The notes beneath the pieces are model-generated. The model worked only from the letters and a program-made list of their open reading frames with translations. It was not told where the DNA came from and made no database searches. A program made the translations under genes and the position numbers. DNA of 63,910 nt, filler included. It is 5 parts of 5 records of this genome, joined end to end, with 100 filler letters (N's around TTAATTAATTAA, not from the genome) between each part and the next. Parts side by side here need not be neighbours in the genome. Positions count along the whole stretch, not along the records: positions 48,866 to 58,347 come from SRR31156797_273; positions 58,448 to 63,910 come from SRR31156797_349; 3 more parts are not named here. The stretch is one strand, 5' to 3'. Shown one piece after another: positions 49,933 to 61,036 of the stretch (within the stretch, counting starts at the first letter, position 1; every line of letters starts with the position of its first letter).

Positions 49933-52863
49933 CTATGAATGGAAGCGGGTTTTCACTAACCGTAGTCGGTTAGCGTTACTTACCACGGTGATGGACGATA
50001 AAGCCATGGCAGCACCTGCAACCACAGGGCTGAGTAAAAAGCCAAACGCGGGGTAAAGCACGCCTGCCGCAATTGGAATCCCAAATGAGTTGTAAACAAA
50101 AGCCCCAAACAAATTCTGTTTCATATTTTTGATGGTGGCCTTAGACAGCTCAATAGCACTGACGACGGACAGTGGCGATGAATTCAATAGCGTCATTTGA
50201 GAGCTTTCAATTGCGACGTCACTACCACTGCCCATTGATATACCGATATTGGCTTGGGCCAGCGCTGGAGCATCGTTAATACCATCCCCGACCATGGCGA
50301 CGACTTTTCCGCTTTGTTGCAGTTGTTCAATATGCTGAGCTTTCTGATCTGGCAATACTTGAGCAATAACCTGAGCGATACCCAGTTGCTTCGCGATGGA
50401 GTCAGCAACACTTTGGTTATCTCCGGTCAGCATTACTGTGTGAATGCCCATCTCATTTAGAGCTTTAATTGCTTGTGGTGCAGTTTGTTTGATTGGATCT
50501 GCAATGGCAATTAAACCAATCAGTTGGTTATCAAGCGCGATGGCAACGGGAGTCCAGGCATTGTTCGCAAACTCGTCGATAGCTTCTTGGCCTGAAGAAA
50601 GATCCATATCCAGAGATGCTAGATAATTGAGCGAGCCTATATTCACCTCCTGAGACTGATAGCGTGCCTGTATACCTTTACCTCGTAAGTTGGTGAAATC
50701 TGAAACGTCAGCCGGTTGAATCTGATTGTTTTGAGCAAACTGACAAATCGCTTTGGCCAGCGGATGCTCTGAATGTTGTTCAAGAGCGTATGCAAGACTG
50801 AGTAACTTCTGCTCATTATTATCGAGACTGACAACGTTCTGTACACTCGGTTTGCCTTCAGTCAGTGTTCCTGTTTTATCAAACACCACGGTGCTCACTT
50901 TGCTGGCTGATTGAAGTACGTCTGCATCACGAATCAGTATTCCCATTTCCGCTGCTTTGCCGACCCCCACAGTAACGGACAGTGGCGTTGCCAACCCTAA
51001 TGCACATGGGCAAGCAATAATCAGAACTGTTGTTGCGATGACTAACATGTAGCTCACTTTGGGTTCTGGACCGAACCAGTACCAAATCGCTGCTGAGATA
51101 ATCGCAATTAACACCACCGTTGGTACAAATACAGAAGAAATCTGGTCGGCCATTTTGGCAATGGCGGGTTTACTGCTTTGTGCCTGACGAACCATTTTGA
51201 TAATGCGCGCCAACATGGTTTGTGAGCCAATACCTGTAGCCTCAATGATTAAGCTACCATCTTGGTTAATTGTCCCTGCTGAAATGCTGCTTCCTGCCGA
51301 TTTAGCCACAGGGATGGGCTCACCGGTTAGCATTGATTCATCCACATAGGAGTCACCTTGGATAACGACGCCATCAACTGGCGACTTTTCACCAGGTTTA
51401 ACGCGTAGCTTCATCCCCTTGGTTATCTCTGAAATGGCGACATTTTTATCGCCACTTTCCAAGACCTGAGTTGCGTGCTGCGGTTGCAAACTGATGAGAG
51501 CTTGTAATGACTGAGTGGTTTTTGCTTTGGCTTTGGCTTCAATAAAATGCCCTAACGAAATTAAGCCGATAATCATTGCCGTTGCTTCAAAGTACACATG
51601 TCTCGCGGTTTCAGGAAAACCGTTAGGCGCGACGACAACCAAAATAGAATAGAGCCATGCAGCACCTGTTCCGAGAGCAACTAAAGTATCCATGGTTGCT
51701 CTACCGTGAGTAAGCGCTTGCCATGCACTGGTAAAAAAGCCTTTTCCTGCTGTTGCTAATAACGCTAAACATACTATTCCGACGACACCCCAAGCGATTT
51801 GATCGCCCGATGATTGGATCATCATACTGCCACCGAAAACGCCCCAAGCCATTAAAGGGACACCCAAAACTAAACCTAATATCGCGTTACGTTTATGTTC
51901 TTTTTTGATGGCTTCTAAGTGGAAGGTTTGCTTTTTCTGTTGCTCTTCGGGGTCATCGACCCAATCGGCTTGATAACCCGCTGACTGAACAGCATCGATT
52001 AGCTCTGACGTTACATCGTGAGTCGAGATAACCAAAGCGCTTTGCTCTGCAAGGTTAACTTGTGCTTTTTCAACGCCAGCAACCGAGAGTAGAGATTTTT
52101 CAACGGAAGAAACACAGCTCGCACAGGTCATCCCTTTGACCAGTAAGTGAGTATTGATTAAATCATCGTGCTCGAGAAGTGGTTCCGGTTGAGTGGATTT
52201 ATCTTCACTTCTTGCTTCACTATTTATCGGTGTCGTATCGGCTTTATTTTCAATACCATTCTCTTTTGGTATCGCTTGATAATTCACTTCTGAAACTCTT
52301 TCAACGATAGTTTCCTGTGAAGCCGTAGTGGTGACAGACAACGTCGTTTTGCTCACCTCTAGATGAGAAATATCGTCAAATTTCTCTAAGTGCTGAGTTA
52401 ACTTGTTTACGCACTTACCACAATTTAAGCCTTGTAAATCAAACTGTAGTTGAGCCTCGGGAAGTACATCGTTGTTTAGAGGAGTGGCAACATAGCCAAC
52501 TTCTGCCACTCTTCCAACCATACTCTCTATAGAAGCTGTGGTAATAATAGACAGCGAAGTTTTGCTCACCTCAAGGCGAGCAATGTCATCAAACGTTTTC
52601 AGGTGTTCAGTCAGCTTGTTAACACACTTGCCGCAATTCAAACCTTGTAAGTCAAACTGTTGCAGTTGACCAGCCTGATAACCTAACGACTCAATACTAT
52701 CGAGCACTTTGTCTAATGAAGAATCGACGTCTAATTCAATAAATGTTGGTGAGAGATCCTTTATCTGAATAGAGAAGTCCGAGTGAAGTTGACGCTCAAC
52801 TTTTCGAGCACAGCCCATGCAGCTCAATCCCGATAACGGTAACGCAAAGTGGTTCATGATCAT
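49933..52863 (-). CDS. copA: copper-exporting P1B-type ATPase with four N-terminal HMA domains
   Basis: CMGC, CGKC x2, CASC; TGE, CPC, DKTGT, HP, GDGIND, YN, MALSS. Confidence 0.96.
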   Translation of the reverse strand: MIMNHFALPLSGLSCMGCARKVERQLHSDFSIQIKDLSPTFIELDVDSSLDKVLDSIESLGYQAGQLQQFDLQGLNCGKCVNKLTEHLKTFDDIARLEVSKTSLSIITTASIESMVGRVAEVGYVATPLNNDVLPEAQLQFDLQGLNCGKCVNKLTQHLEKFDDISHLEVSKTTLSVTTTASQETIVERVSEVNYQAIPKENGIENKADTTPINSEARSEDKSTQPEPLLEHDDLINTHLLVKGMTCASCVSSVEKSLLSVAGVEKAQVNLAEQSALVISTHDVTSELIDAVQSAGYQADWVDDPEEQQKKQTFHLEAIKKEHKRNAILGLVLGVPLMAWGVFGGSMMIQSSGDQIAWGVVGIVCLALLATAGKGFFTSAWQALTHGRATMDTLVALGTGAAWLYSILVVVAPNGFPETARHVYFEATAMIIGLISLGHFIEAKAKAKTTQSLQALISLQPQHATQVLESGDKNVAISEITKGMKLRVKPGEKSPVDGVVIQGDSYVDESMLTGEPIPVAKSAGSSISAGTINQDGSLIIEATGIGSQTMLARIIKMVRQAQSSKPAIAKMADQISSVFVPTVVLIAIISAAIWYWFGPEPKVSYMLVIATTVLIIACPCALGLATPLSVTVGVGKAAEMGILIRDADVLQSASKVSTVVFDKTGTLTEGKPSVQNVVSLDNNEQKLLSLAYALEQHSEHPLAKAICQFAQNNQIQPADVSDFTNLRGKGIQARYQSQEVNIGSLNYLASLDMDLSSGQEAIDEFANNAWTPVAIALDNQLIGLIAIADPIKQTAPQAIKALNEMGIHTVMLTGDNQSVADSIAKQLGIAQVIAQVLPDQKAQHIEQLQQSGKVVAMVGDGINDAPALAQANIGISMGSGSDVAIESSQMTLLNSSPLSVVSAIELSKATIKNMKQNLFGAFVYNSFGIPIAAGVLYPAFGFLLSPVVAGAAMALSSITVVSNANRLRLVKTRFHS

Positions 52864-52885
52864 CTCTCCCTTAGTTTATGAATTA

Positions 52886-52916
52886 AGCATAAACCTTCCC
52901 CTAAAGGTAAGGTCAA
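52886..52916 (-). promoter_or_regulatory. CueR-type (MerR family) copA promoter
   Basis: -35 TTGACC, 19-nt spacer, -10 TATGCT; dyad ACCTTCC-N7-GTAAGGT at 52893-52913. Confidence 0.85.
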
Positions 52917-53089
52917 GAGTCGAGTTGGAATGTTTTTATTCAATTATTCCGCTGTTACGAGTCTCTAAGTTGAATATGAAATAATCCGCCATTGTGGATT
53001 TAGTCATCGGTGGTAAAATGGCGCCAAATTTAATGCTTTCCATCGCAGTGGGGAACAACCGCTGCTATTTCTATCTTTAAGGAAGTCAA

Positions 53090-54517
53090 ATGACGGTTAA
53101 AACTCGTTTTGCCCCAAGTCCAACGGGCTATCTTCATGTTGGTGGTGCACGTACTGCTCTTTACTCTTGGTTATATGCAAAAAGCCAAGGTGGTGAATTT
53201 GTTCTGCGTATCGAAGATACCGACCTAGAACGTTCAACTCAAGAAGCGGTAGATGCGATCCTTGAAGGTATGACGTGGTTAGGTTTGGATTGGGATGAAG
53301 GTCCATACTACCAAACTAAACGTTTTGACCGTTACAACGAAGTGGTTGATCAGCTGCTAGCGGAAGACAAAGCTTACAAATGTTATGCATCTAAAGAGCT
53401 GCTGGATGAAATTCGTGCAGAGCAAGAAGCGAACAAAGAGATGGCTCGTTACGATGCGAACCATCCAAAAATCAAAGCGGCAAATGAAGCGGCGAAAGAG
53501 GGTGATCCTTGTGTTATCCGCTTCCGCAATCCAAAAGAAGGCAGTGTGGTATTTGAAGATCAAATTCGTGGTCGCATTGAAATTCGCAATGACCAGTTAG
53601 ATGATCTTATCATTCGCCGTACAGACGGCTCACCAACATACAACTTCTGTGTGGTAGTTGATGATTACGATATGGGGATTACCCACGTTGTTCGTGGTGA
53701 AGACCACATCAACAACACGCCTCGTCAAATCAACATCTATGAAGCGATGGGCGTAAAAGTACCAACATTTGCACACTGTGCAATGATTCTAGGTGATGAT
53801 GGTGCGAAACTTTCTAAGCGTCATGGTGCGGTTTCTGTCATGCAATACCGTGATGAAGGTTACCTGCCAGAAGCATTGATCAACTACCTAGTTCGTCTAG
53901 GTTGGGGCCACGGCGATCAAGAGATTTTCACTCAACAAGAGATGATAGAGCTATTTAGCCTAAACGCTATCTCTAAGTCGGCTTCAGCGTTTAACACTGA
54001 CAAGCTACTTTGGTTGAACAACCACTACATCAAGACTTCAGAGCCATCACATGTTGCTAAGCACCTTGAGTGGCATTTTGAGCATCAAGGCATTAACAAG
54101 GCGAATGGTCCAGCGCTTGAAGCGATCGTAACGCTGGTGGGTGAGCGTTGTAATACACTGGTTGAACTTGCTCAACAATCTCGTTATTTCTACGAAGACT
54201 TCTCAGAGTTTGAAGCTGGCGCGGCGAAGAAACACCTACGTGGTGTAGCAAAAGAGCCATTAGCGCTTGCACTAAGCAAAATTGAAGCTTTGACTGAGTG
54301 GACAACGGAAGCACTGCATCAAGTGATTGCACAAGTGTGTGAAGAGCTTGAAATTGGTATGGGCAAAATCGGTATGCCACTGCGTGTAGCGGTAACTGGT
54401 GGCGGTCAATCCCCTTCAGTTGATGCTGTGATGCAGTTAATCGGTAAAAAGCGCGTAGTTGCTCGTATTCAAATGGCCATCGCCTTTATTGAAGAGCGCG
54501 AAGCTAACGCTCAATAA
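53090..54517 (+). CDS. gltX: glutamate--tRNA ligase
   Basis: [24 protein letters not shown]. Confidence 0.98.
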   Translation: MTVKTRFAPSPTGYLHVGGARTALYSWLYAKSQGGEFVLRIEDTDLERSTQEAVDAILEGMTWLGLDWDEGPYYQTKRFDRYNEVVDQLLAEDKAYKCYASKELLDEIRAEQEANKEMARYDANHPKIKAANEAAKEGDPCVIRFRNPKEGSVVFEDQIRGRIEIRNDQLDDLIIRRTDGSPTYNFCVVVDDYDMGITHVVRGEDHINNTPRQINIYEAMGVKVPTFAHCAMILGDDGAKLSKRHGAVSVMQYRDEGYLPEALINYLVRLGWGHGDQEIFTQQEMIELFSLNAISKSASAFNTDKLLWLNNHYIKTSEPSHVAKHLEWHFEHQGINKANGPALEAIVTLVGERCNTLVELAQQSRYFYEDFSEFEAGAAKKHLRGVAKEPLALALSKIEALTEWTTEALHQVIAQVCEELEIGMGKIGMPLRVAVTGGGQSPSVDAVMQLIGKKRVVARIQMAIAFIEEREANAQ

Positions 54518-54543
54518 GCCTCATTCAGGCACCTAAATGTAAG

Positions 54544-54573
54544 AAGCTGCAGTGAAATATCTGCAGCTTTTTC
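54544..54573 (+). terminator. gltX terminator
   Basis: AAGCTGCAG...CTGCAGCTTTTT. Confidence 0.7.
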
Positions 54574-54599
54574 ATTTTTGGAACAGACATAAATGCAAT

Positions 54600-54900
54600 C
54601 AATGGATATGTAACTCCGGTTTGAACTTGGAACGTTTAACTGTGGTTAGATTTATATGCTCTAACCATAAGCTTTACGCCAACAGTTCTAACGGACAACA
54701 GAGTCACGGCGATTATCAATTGAGTGGAATAACATCTCAGCTCGCACTGGAAAGGGAGTTTGCGCTATCTCCGTCATTACTTTTCTCACTAGAAGGGAAG
54801 GTGACTTACTCCTACGCTCAAATCGACCGTAGATTACGGTAAAGTGACAGTCCCCAATACCGCTTTACATCTTATTGCGCAGCTGAAGTTCATCCTTTAA
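54600..54900 (+). pseudogene. frameshifted remnant of a probable outer-membrane beta-barrel gene
   Basis: YQLSGITSQLALEREF...LFSLEGKVTYSYAQID continues after a 1-nt shift as VDYGKVTVPNTALHLIAQLKFIL*; no start or signal peptide. Confidence 0.45.
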
Positions 54901-54922
54901 TGGTGTACAGTGGCAGTGTTGG

Positions 54923-55441
54923 TTACTTCAAATCAACACTGCTCAATCGTCCCATGTAAACGAGAATGTCTAGGCAATCTTTGTGGGCGTCGAGCAACGC
55001 TTTTTTCGTTTTCGTGTAAGCGGCAAGCTTACCGTGTTTGTTGATTGAGCAAACCACACTTTTGAATGTGCAGTGGCCTTTACTGTCATAGTTACGCCAG
55101 GCGGCAATATAACAGGCGTCTCTGCTATCTGGGTTATCGCTGGTTGGGCGTGGTTTATAGATAATCTTGGGCTCTAAGCTATGAGGTAAGCGAGTCATCA
55201 AATAAGGATCTTTGAGAATTCTTCGCCAGTGTTTTCCCCACATCTCTTTACCAAGCTCATTACGTAGCCGGATGGCTTTTTTTAATCCTTTTTCTTCCCC
55301 TATACGAATATATCCAACAGAGCGGTGCATGACATTATCGTCAGGAGTATGGATATGAATCTTATAGGCTGTCTTAGCTTTTGAAATAAATCGATGGCCT
55401 GTATTTGTTTCTAGGTTACTGTTCTTCATAGGCATAATCAT
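54923..55441 (-). CDS. conserved basic hypothetical protein, possibly tandem AP2-like DNA-binding
   Basis: Lys/Arg-rich; GEEKGLKKAIRLRNE and CSINKHGKLAAY; no signal peptide. Confidence 0.7.
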   Translation of the reverse strand: MIMPMKNSNLETNTGHRFISKAKTAYKIHIHTPDDNVMHRSVGYIRIGEEKGLKKAIRLRNELGKEMWGKHWRRILKDPYLMTRLPHSLEPKIIYKPRPTSDNPDSRDACYIAAWRNYDSKGHCTFKSVVCSINKHGKLAAYTKTKKALLDAHKDCLDILVYMGRLSSVDLK

Positions 55442-55778
55442 ACCGTTTTGACCCTAAGTACCACTGGTATTACCCAGAACTACTCACCTCATTGTAGAGC
55501 TAGCCTAAGGAATACGGATTCACTCAGGTGCCGATAGCTTGTTGTATAACATTTGCTATATCGACATTTTTGTTAATAGTAATTTTAGATGAAATCCCGA
55601 ATAACGAGAATAAAGAGTCTAGTTGATTCTCGATTTGCTTTATCAAAATAGCGTCAGAATTGGACGAAATGAGGGTTTGTTTCCTAGAATGAAAATGCAA
55701 CCAGTTGGTTAATTATTAACCAGCCCATTTTAGTGTCATTGGTTGTTGATGTATCAAATGCAATACACCTTATGGTTA

Positions 55779-55794
55779 TGTGATCTTTTTCACA
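55779..55794. promoter_or_regulatory. CRP-binding site upstream of the Aer-like MCP
   Basis: TGTGA-TCTTTT-TCACA, perfect core consensus. Confidence 0.75.
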
Positions 55795-55944
55795 CTTGTG
55801 GCTATAAGTCTTACCGTACGTCAAATTGTAACGAGAATGTTACTATTATGTTTTTTATAAATAGGTAAGCTTTGTAAAGGGGTGTTTGGCTTAATATCCC
55901 TATAGATAACAAGTGTTTATATAACAAAATAAAAGGAATGCGAT

Positions 55945-57486
55945 TTGGCTAGTTCAACTTCTAAAGGTAAAGAAGTCACTTTTCCGCAATCGGAATTTTT
56001 AGTGTCTACTACCGATACCGATAGCATAATCACTTATGCAAATGATGAGTTTTGCCGAGTCGCCGGATTCAATTCTGAAGAATTGATCGGCAAACCTCAT
56101 AATATTGTACGTCATCCTGATATGCCTAAAGCGGCCTTTGCGGATATGTGGGGCCAACTCAAGAGAGGCAAAAGCTGGCGAGGGATGGTCAAAAATCGCT
56201 GTAAAAATGGTGATTATTACTGGGTAGACGCGTTTGTCACCCCCCTGTACGAAAATGAAAAAATAGTGGGTTATCAGTCTGTAAGACACTGTCCTTCACG
56301 AAAAGATGTAGAGTCTGCTGAGCGGCTGTATAAAAAAATCAATCAAGGAAAAAGCCCATTTCCTCTTCATGAAAGGGTCAATGTTCAGAGAACTGTGGCT
56401 GCCATTATTATACTTGCTTTATCTGGTGCCGCTTATTGGTTAGCTAATTTGTGGATGGTGTTAATCGTTTTATTCGCAATGGCTTTATTATCGACCGTGT
56501 TTTTTAATGAACTTTTTAAGCTTCCCTCTTTTCTAAAAAAACGGTCTGATCTTCTAAATAGTCCTTCGCGCGTTGTGTTTTGTGGTACTGGAACCAGTGG
56601 CAAAGTGGCCTATATGGCTGAAATTCAGCGAGCCAAGATCAGAACAATACTGGGACGCAGTGCCGATTCAGGAAAAACGTTACTCGGTATTTCTGAGCGT
56701 TTAAGTACGACTAGTCAGACATCGCTTAAGAGTTTGCAGGAAGAAGGCGAGTTATTAGAGCAACTCTCTACCGCAACAACTCAAATGAATGCCTCTATTC
56801 AAGAGGTGAACAGTGCAACTACATCCTCTCATGATTATGTGAGAGAAGTGACTTCTAAATGTACGAGTGCTGCGAATACGCTTAAGAATAATGGTAGCAA
56901 CTTAAGTGAGTTAACCCACGATATTGGTGTTGCAGCCAAAAGCTTGTTACAGCTAGTGGAAGATACCAATAATATTTCCAATGTGATGGGCGAAATTCAA
57001 GGTATTGCTGATCAAACCAACCTATTAGCCTTAAACGCGGCGATTGAAGCCGCGAGAGCCGGTGAGCAGGGAAGAGGGTTCGCAGTTGTTGCTGATGAGG
57101 TTAGAACGCTGGCTGGGCGCACACAATTGGCGACGAAGAATATCCAAACTTCAGTAACGAACTTACAAAGTTCGATGCAGACGTGGCAAAAATCTATGAC
57201 AGAGCACCAAGAGAAGTCGCAAAATTGCAACACTGAAGCACAAAGCCTTCAGGCGCTAATGACGAGTGTTATTGATATGATTTCGATGCTAGAAGACCAA
57301 TCCATGCAAATAGCAACAGCGATGGAGCAGCAAAGTCTGGTGACGGAAGATATCAGTCAAAACGTTATTAACGTCCAAAGCGTGGCGATGAAGAATGTTT
57401 CTTTGGCCAGCGAGGCCAATGAAAACGCTTGTGAAGTCCATAAAAGTGCAAGCTACATTAACGCATTAAGCCGTAACTTTGGTTAA
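55945..57486 (+). CDS. Aer-like PAS-domain methyl-accepting chemotaxis protein
   Basis: STTD...[15 protein letters not shown], membrane hairpin, [34 protein letters not shown]. Confidence 0.92.
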   Translation: MASSTSKGKEVTFPQSEFLVSTTDTDSIITYANDEFCRVAGFNSEELIGKPHNIVRHPDMPKAAFADMWGQLKRGKSWRGMVKNRCKNGDYYWVDAFVTPLYENEKIVGYQSVRHCPSRKDVESAERLYKKINQGKSPFPLHERVNVQRTVAAIIILALSGAAYWLANLWMVLIVLFAMALLSTVFFNELFKLPSFLKKRSDLLNSPSRVVFCGTGTSGKVAYMAEIQRAKIRTILGRSADSGKTLLGISERLSTTSQTSLKSLQEEGELLEQLSTATTQMNASIQEVNSATTSSHDYVREVTSKCTSAANTLKNNGSNLSELTHDIGVAAKSLLQLVEDTNNISNVMGEIQGIADQTNLLALNAAIEAARAGEQGRGFAVVADEVRTLAGRTQLATKNIQTSVTNLQSSMQTWQKSMTEHQEKSQNCNTEAQSLQALMTSVIDMISMLEDQSMQIATAMEQQSLVTEDISQNVINVQSVAMKNVSLASEANENACEVHKSASYINALSRNFG

Positions 57487-57519
57487 GTAAGCAGTCTAAT
57501 AGCAAATCGCTTATGAAAT

Positions 57520-57548
57520 AAAAGGCCGTTATTAATAACGGCCTTTTC
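57520..57548. terminator. bidirectional terminator
   Basis: AAAAGGCCGTTATTAATAACGGCCTTTT. Confidence 0.8.
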
Positions 57549-57577
57549 TAATTCTATGTCTTGTTTGTAAACTGAAT

Positions 57578-57991
57578 TTAACGGCGAAAATGACGATTAC
57601 GTGATGAACGCTCTTTATGAGCGGATGCCGCTTTAGCTTGTGACTTCAAAATTGAATCTACCGTGAGAGCCATAGGCTCTTTAGGCTCCAGACCATGCGG
57701 GAATGTACGTGCACGTGGAGAAAGGTCATATTCTTCGCTGGAGGCACGAGGCATACGTTTAAAGCGGTATAGGTAAAAGTTTTCCAGCTTTTCTCGCGCC
57801 CACTCGGTTTTCTTTAAGTATTTGACGCTGCTCGCTATGGATGGATTGGTATGAAAACAATTGAATCGCATCGCTGTATCGAGAATATCCCAACCATAGA
57901 AATCCACGAGCTCTTTCAATAATGTTTCTAACTTAAGCCCGTGCAATGGGTTGTTTTTTTGTAATTCAATTCTTTCTTCATCAGTCATCAT
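57578..57991 (-). CDS. VF530 / DUF2132 family protein
   Basis: NNPLHG.KLE...YGW...NPSIASSVKYLKKTEWAREKLE. Confidence 0.85.
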   Translation of the reverse strand: MMTDEERIELQKNNPLHGLKLETLLKELVDFYGWDILDTAMRFNCFHTNPSIASSVKYLKKTEWAREKLENFYLYRFKRMPRASSEEYDLSPRARTFPHGLEPKEPMALTVDSILKSQAKAASAHKERSSRNRHFRR

Positions 57992-58151
57992 AACGAGTTC
58001 TCAAACCTAGTGGGGTGGTAATTTCCGCTCTAAACAAGATTAGCTCATTTTGTTATAGATTTAGGAAAGGGCGGAGTCTAGCAGAGTTAGCGCGCTTTCC
58101 CTAGTCTGAGGTAGAGGCGTTGAAAATGGGATGGGACTTTGTATGAGAAAC

Positions 58152-58191
58152 AAAAATGCCTTAGCTAGAGTATAAGCTAAGGCATTTTTTT
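58152..58191 (-). terminator. terminator downstream of tRNA-Arg
   Basis: AAAAATGCCTTAGCT...AGCTAAGGCATTTTT. Confidence 0.8.
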
Positions 58192-58194
58192 AAC

Positions 58195-58271
58195 TGGCGC
58201 TCCCGACAGGATTCGAACCTGTGACCTGCCCCTTAGGAGGGGGCCGCGCTATCCAGCTGTGCCACGGGAGC
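58195..58271 (-). tRNA. tRNA-Arg(CCT)
   Basis: 77-nt cloverleaf GCTCCCG...GCCCC-CT-CCT-AA-GGGGC...GGTTCGAATCC...CGGGAGCGCCA. Confidence 0.95.
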
Positions 58272-58347
58272 AGGGGATATACTCAAGTAACCTCAAGATG
58301 CTGATTCAGCGAGAATGTATTCGCTCTTAGGCTAGGCACTGATTTGA

Positions 58348-58447
58348 NNNNNNNNNNNNNNNNNNNNNNNNNNNNNNNNNNNNNNNNNNNNTTAATTAAT
58401 TAANNNNNNNNNNNNNNNNNNNNNNNNNNNNNNNNNNNNNNNNNNNN
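58348..58447. other. artificial contig spacer
   Basis: N-run with TTAATTAATTAA. Confidence 0.98.
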
Positions 58448-58692
58448 TTCCATCACTCCGCGGGACTAAACATCTAGCGCCTCGTTCGATTGGCGAGCCC
58501 CGGTCCGGAAAGCTGGCACTCCCGGCTTCACTTGAGTCGCCTTCCCCGGAGGAGGGCGATTTCATGATCGGATCTGCTGACGCCTCACTGGCGGAATGCG
58601 GGCGGTCGGGCGGGAACAGGGGTGTGGGTCAGGGATTCTGCAGGCTGCCGTGAAGACCGGGCGCTCGCCTGTTCCTTTGCCAATTTCATTTG

Positions 58693-59172
58693 TTACTGGA
58701 TTTGAAGGGGGCGGGACCCCATTTCGGTTTCATTGAGGGAGCGAATAATTTGTTTGGCAACGATGTCATAGCCGATTGGCGAATAATGCGAGTAGAGTAA
58801 TTTTCTTCTGTCAGGAAAATCTCGGAGCGATTCTGTTGTATCGGCAATCGGCAGCCCTTCACTAGAAAATGCTTCAAGCACATATTTTCTTGTAAATTCG
58901 GTAGATGCCTTGCCCGGTTTCAAACCTAAGATTGAGGTTGAACTCGGCAGGTAAATGACCAAGATTTGCCTTCCCCATTCTTCCACGGTTGTCCGAAATT
59001 CCCTGATTACATCTACCAATACACTGATTGCTTCTTGATTAAGTTCAAGAAATTCATTCTCGCTAATCTGCGGCTGTTCCGGTTTAAACCGGATGTCCAA
59101 TTCGGACAATAGTACTTCCGGCGCATCTCGCAAAACTTTCAGCTGCCTATTTATTGACTCGTCCCCAACCAA
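58693..59172 (-). CDS. SGNH/GDSL-like C-terminal fragment (possibly truncated)
   Basis: LVIYLP...PIADTT...YSHYSPIGYDIVA resembles SGNH block V; N-terminal blocks absent. Confidence 0.45.
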   Translation of the reverse strand: MVGDESINRQLKVLRDAPEVLLSELDIRFKPEQPQISENEFLELNQEAISVLVDVIREFRTTVEEWGRQILVIYLPSSTSILGLKPGKASTEFTRKYVLEAFSSEGLPIADTTESLRDFPDRRKLLYSHYSPIGYDIVAKQIIRSLNETEMGSRPLQIQ

Positions 59173-59851
59173 GAAGCTGACGTTCCTTGCTCCATCTGAA
59201 CCACTTGCCCCAAGAATGGGGGAAAGGTGAATGCAAGGTTAGGTCCGACAAAACTTTAATGAGCGGCGATTTCCATGTGGACGGGAGAGGTATGAGGCTG
59301 TGCGTTTGGATATCGGTTAGGCCGTGTATTTTTAGACACTGGCGCAAAGACCGGTCTGCGTATGGCGTACAATGCGTATAAGCATTGTAAAAAGTCGACA
59401 TGCAGTATTTCCAGTCCGGGGTGCTGATGAGAACGATCCCTCCCGGCTTGGTGACGCGCTTCATTTCCGAAAAGTAGTGCTCAAGCTGGAAGAAATAGAA
59501 ATGCTCGATCACCGACTTGCTGATGACCAAATCCGCGACGTTGTCATCAAGGGGAAATCGGTCGACGGAAAGATCGCATCTGTGATGCTCAGTTAACTTT
59601 TCCGCCGGGGGGTCCCGATCAAGGCCTATGGCCCGGAACCCCAAATCTTCAAGCGCAGCAACCTGATCACCACGCCCACAGCCTACGTCGACCACCGTGC
59701 CTTCGGTAATTCCGACCAGGCCATGGGTCAGATGTCGCGCAAATTGGTGCGGATATCTCGTTTTCGGTTTTTCCGAATAGGAATAAGCAATGGAAACGTA
59801 CGAATCCTTGGCGTCCTTTTGATGGGCGGGGTAGTTGCTACGTGTTTCCAT
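59147..59851 (-). CDS. class I SAM-dependent methyltransferase
   Basis: VVDVGCGRG, SVIEH, RVTKPGG, STPD. Confidence 0.88.
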   Translation of the reverse strand: METRSNYPAHQKDAKDSYVSIAYSYSEKPKTRYPHQFARHLTHGLVGITEGTVVDVGCGRGDQVAALEDLGFRAIGLDRDPPAEKLTEHHRCDLSVDRFPLDDNVADLVISKSVIEHFYFFQLEHYFSEMKRVTKPGGIVLISTPDWKYCMSTFYNAYTHCTPYADRSLRQCLKIHGLTDIQTHSLIPLPSTWKSPLIKVLSDLTLHSPFPHSWGKWFRWSKERQLLGWGRVNK

Positions 59852-59854
59852 ATT

Positions 59855-61006
59855 TCAAAACTTCCATTTGACGCGTGGCTGAATGATCTCAGGAAAAACT
59901 CGATCTTTTGATTGCGCCACGCGCTGAATCATTTGATCGAGCGCTTCATCTGTAAGCAGATGGGGTTTTAGCCCGAGTTCGACCAGTTTGGAGTGCTTCG
60001 GGTTGTAGTAGTGCTCTTCCTGTTCGACGCGTGGATTGTCGATGTGATCGATGGCAACTTCGAAGCCATTGCGCTCTCCGGCCGCTTCAACCATTTTGGC
60101 AAGTTCCAAAACGGAAAACAGTTCGGTGAACTGGTTGAAAACGCGATATTCGCCTGACTCTGGAACGTTGCGCACCGCCAATTCGACGCATTGAAGGGTA
60201 TCGCGAATATCAAGATAGCCACGCGTTTGGCCACCCTTGCCGTATACCGTCAGTGGAACGCCCGTTACGGCCTGAATCAGGAAGCGATTGAGCACCGTCC
60301 CGAAGATATCGTCGTAGTGGAAGCTCGTCTTGAGCGCGGGGTGCAATTCAGTTTCATCGGTTCCAATGCCGTAAACCACGCCCTGATTGAGGTCCGTCGA
60401 GCGCTGCCCCCAGATGCGGCAGGCGAAATCGATGTTGTGTGAATCATGCACCTTCGACAGATGGTAGAAACTGCCGGGACGCTTCGGATAAAGGATTGTA
60501 TCGGATCGTCCATTGTGCTCGACTGTTAGGAAACCCTCCTCGATGTCGATGTTCGGGGTTCCGTATTCTCCCATCGTCCCCAGTTTGACCAAATGGGCGT
60601 CGGGACAACGTCCCTGCATGGCAAACAGAAGATTCAACGTGCCAATCACGTTGTTGTGCTGGGTGAAAACAGCGCGCTCGCGACTATGCATGGAATAGGG
60701 TGCGGAAGGCTGTTCGGCGTAATGAATGATTGCCTCCGGCTGAAATTCGGCGAGGACTTTGTCGATCAGGCGTGCATTGAGCAGATCGCCGACGACCACG
60801 TGTATTTCCTTTCCCGTAGCCTCCTTCCAAATAGCGGCACGTTTCTGCAGGGGGGGCACCTCGTTTAGCGGCTCCACACCCTCTTCCAGTTCAATACGGC
60901 GTTTGACAAAGTTATCGAAGGCGACGACCTCGTCGCCGCGGTTCGAAAAATGCATCGCCGTTGGCCAGCCAAGGTAGCCATCTCCACCGAGAACAAGAAT
61001 ACGCAT
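59855..61006 (-). CDS. sqdB: UDP-sulfoquinovose synthase
   Basis: GGDGYLGW, AEQPSAPYS, KLGTMGEYG, YHLSKVHD, VFNQF, NPRVE. Confidence 0.9.
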   Translation of the reverse strand: MRILVLGGDGYLGWPTAMHFSNRGDEVVAFDNFVKRRIELEEGVEPLNEVPPLQKRAAIWKEATGKEIHVVVGDLLNARLIDKVLAEFQPEAIIHYAEQPSAPYSMHSRERAVFTQHNNVIGTLNLLFAMQGRCPDAHLVKLGTMGEYGTPNIDIEEGFLTVEHNGRSDTILYPKRPGSFYHLSKVHDSHNIDFACRIWGQRSTDLNQGVVYGIGTDETELHPALKTSFHYDDIFGTVLNRFLIQAVTGVPLTVYGKGGQTRGYLDIRDTLQCVELAVRNVPESGEYRVFNQFTELFSVLELAKMVEAAGERNGFEVAIDHIDNPRVEQEEHYYNPKHSKLVELGLKPHLLTDEALDQMIQRVAQSKDRVFPEIIQPRVKWKF

Positions 61007-61036
61007 CTACAAGTCTCTTTTTTCTAGGGTTATGAA

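Noticed and set aside
52255-52285. E. coli-like programmed -1 frameshift in copA
   Set aside because: The sequence is ATA CCA AAA GAG, not the C CCA AAG slippery site
55746-55757. FNR site upstream of the Aer-like gene
   Set aside because: TTGAT-GT-ATCAA has a 2-nt spacer rather than 4
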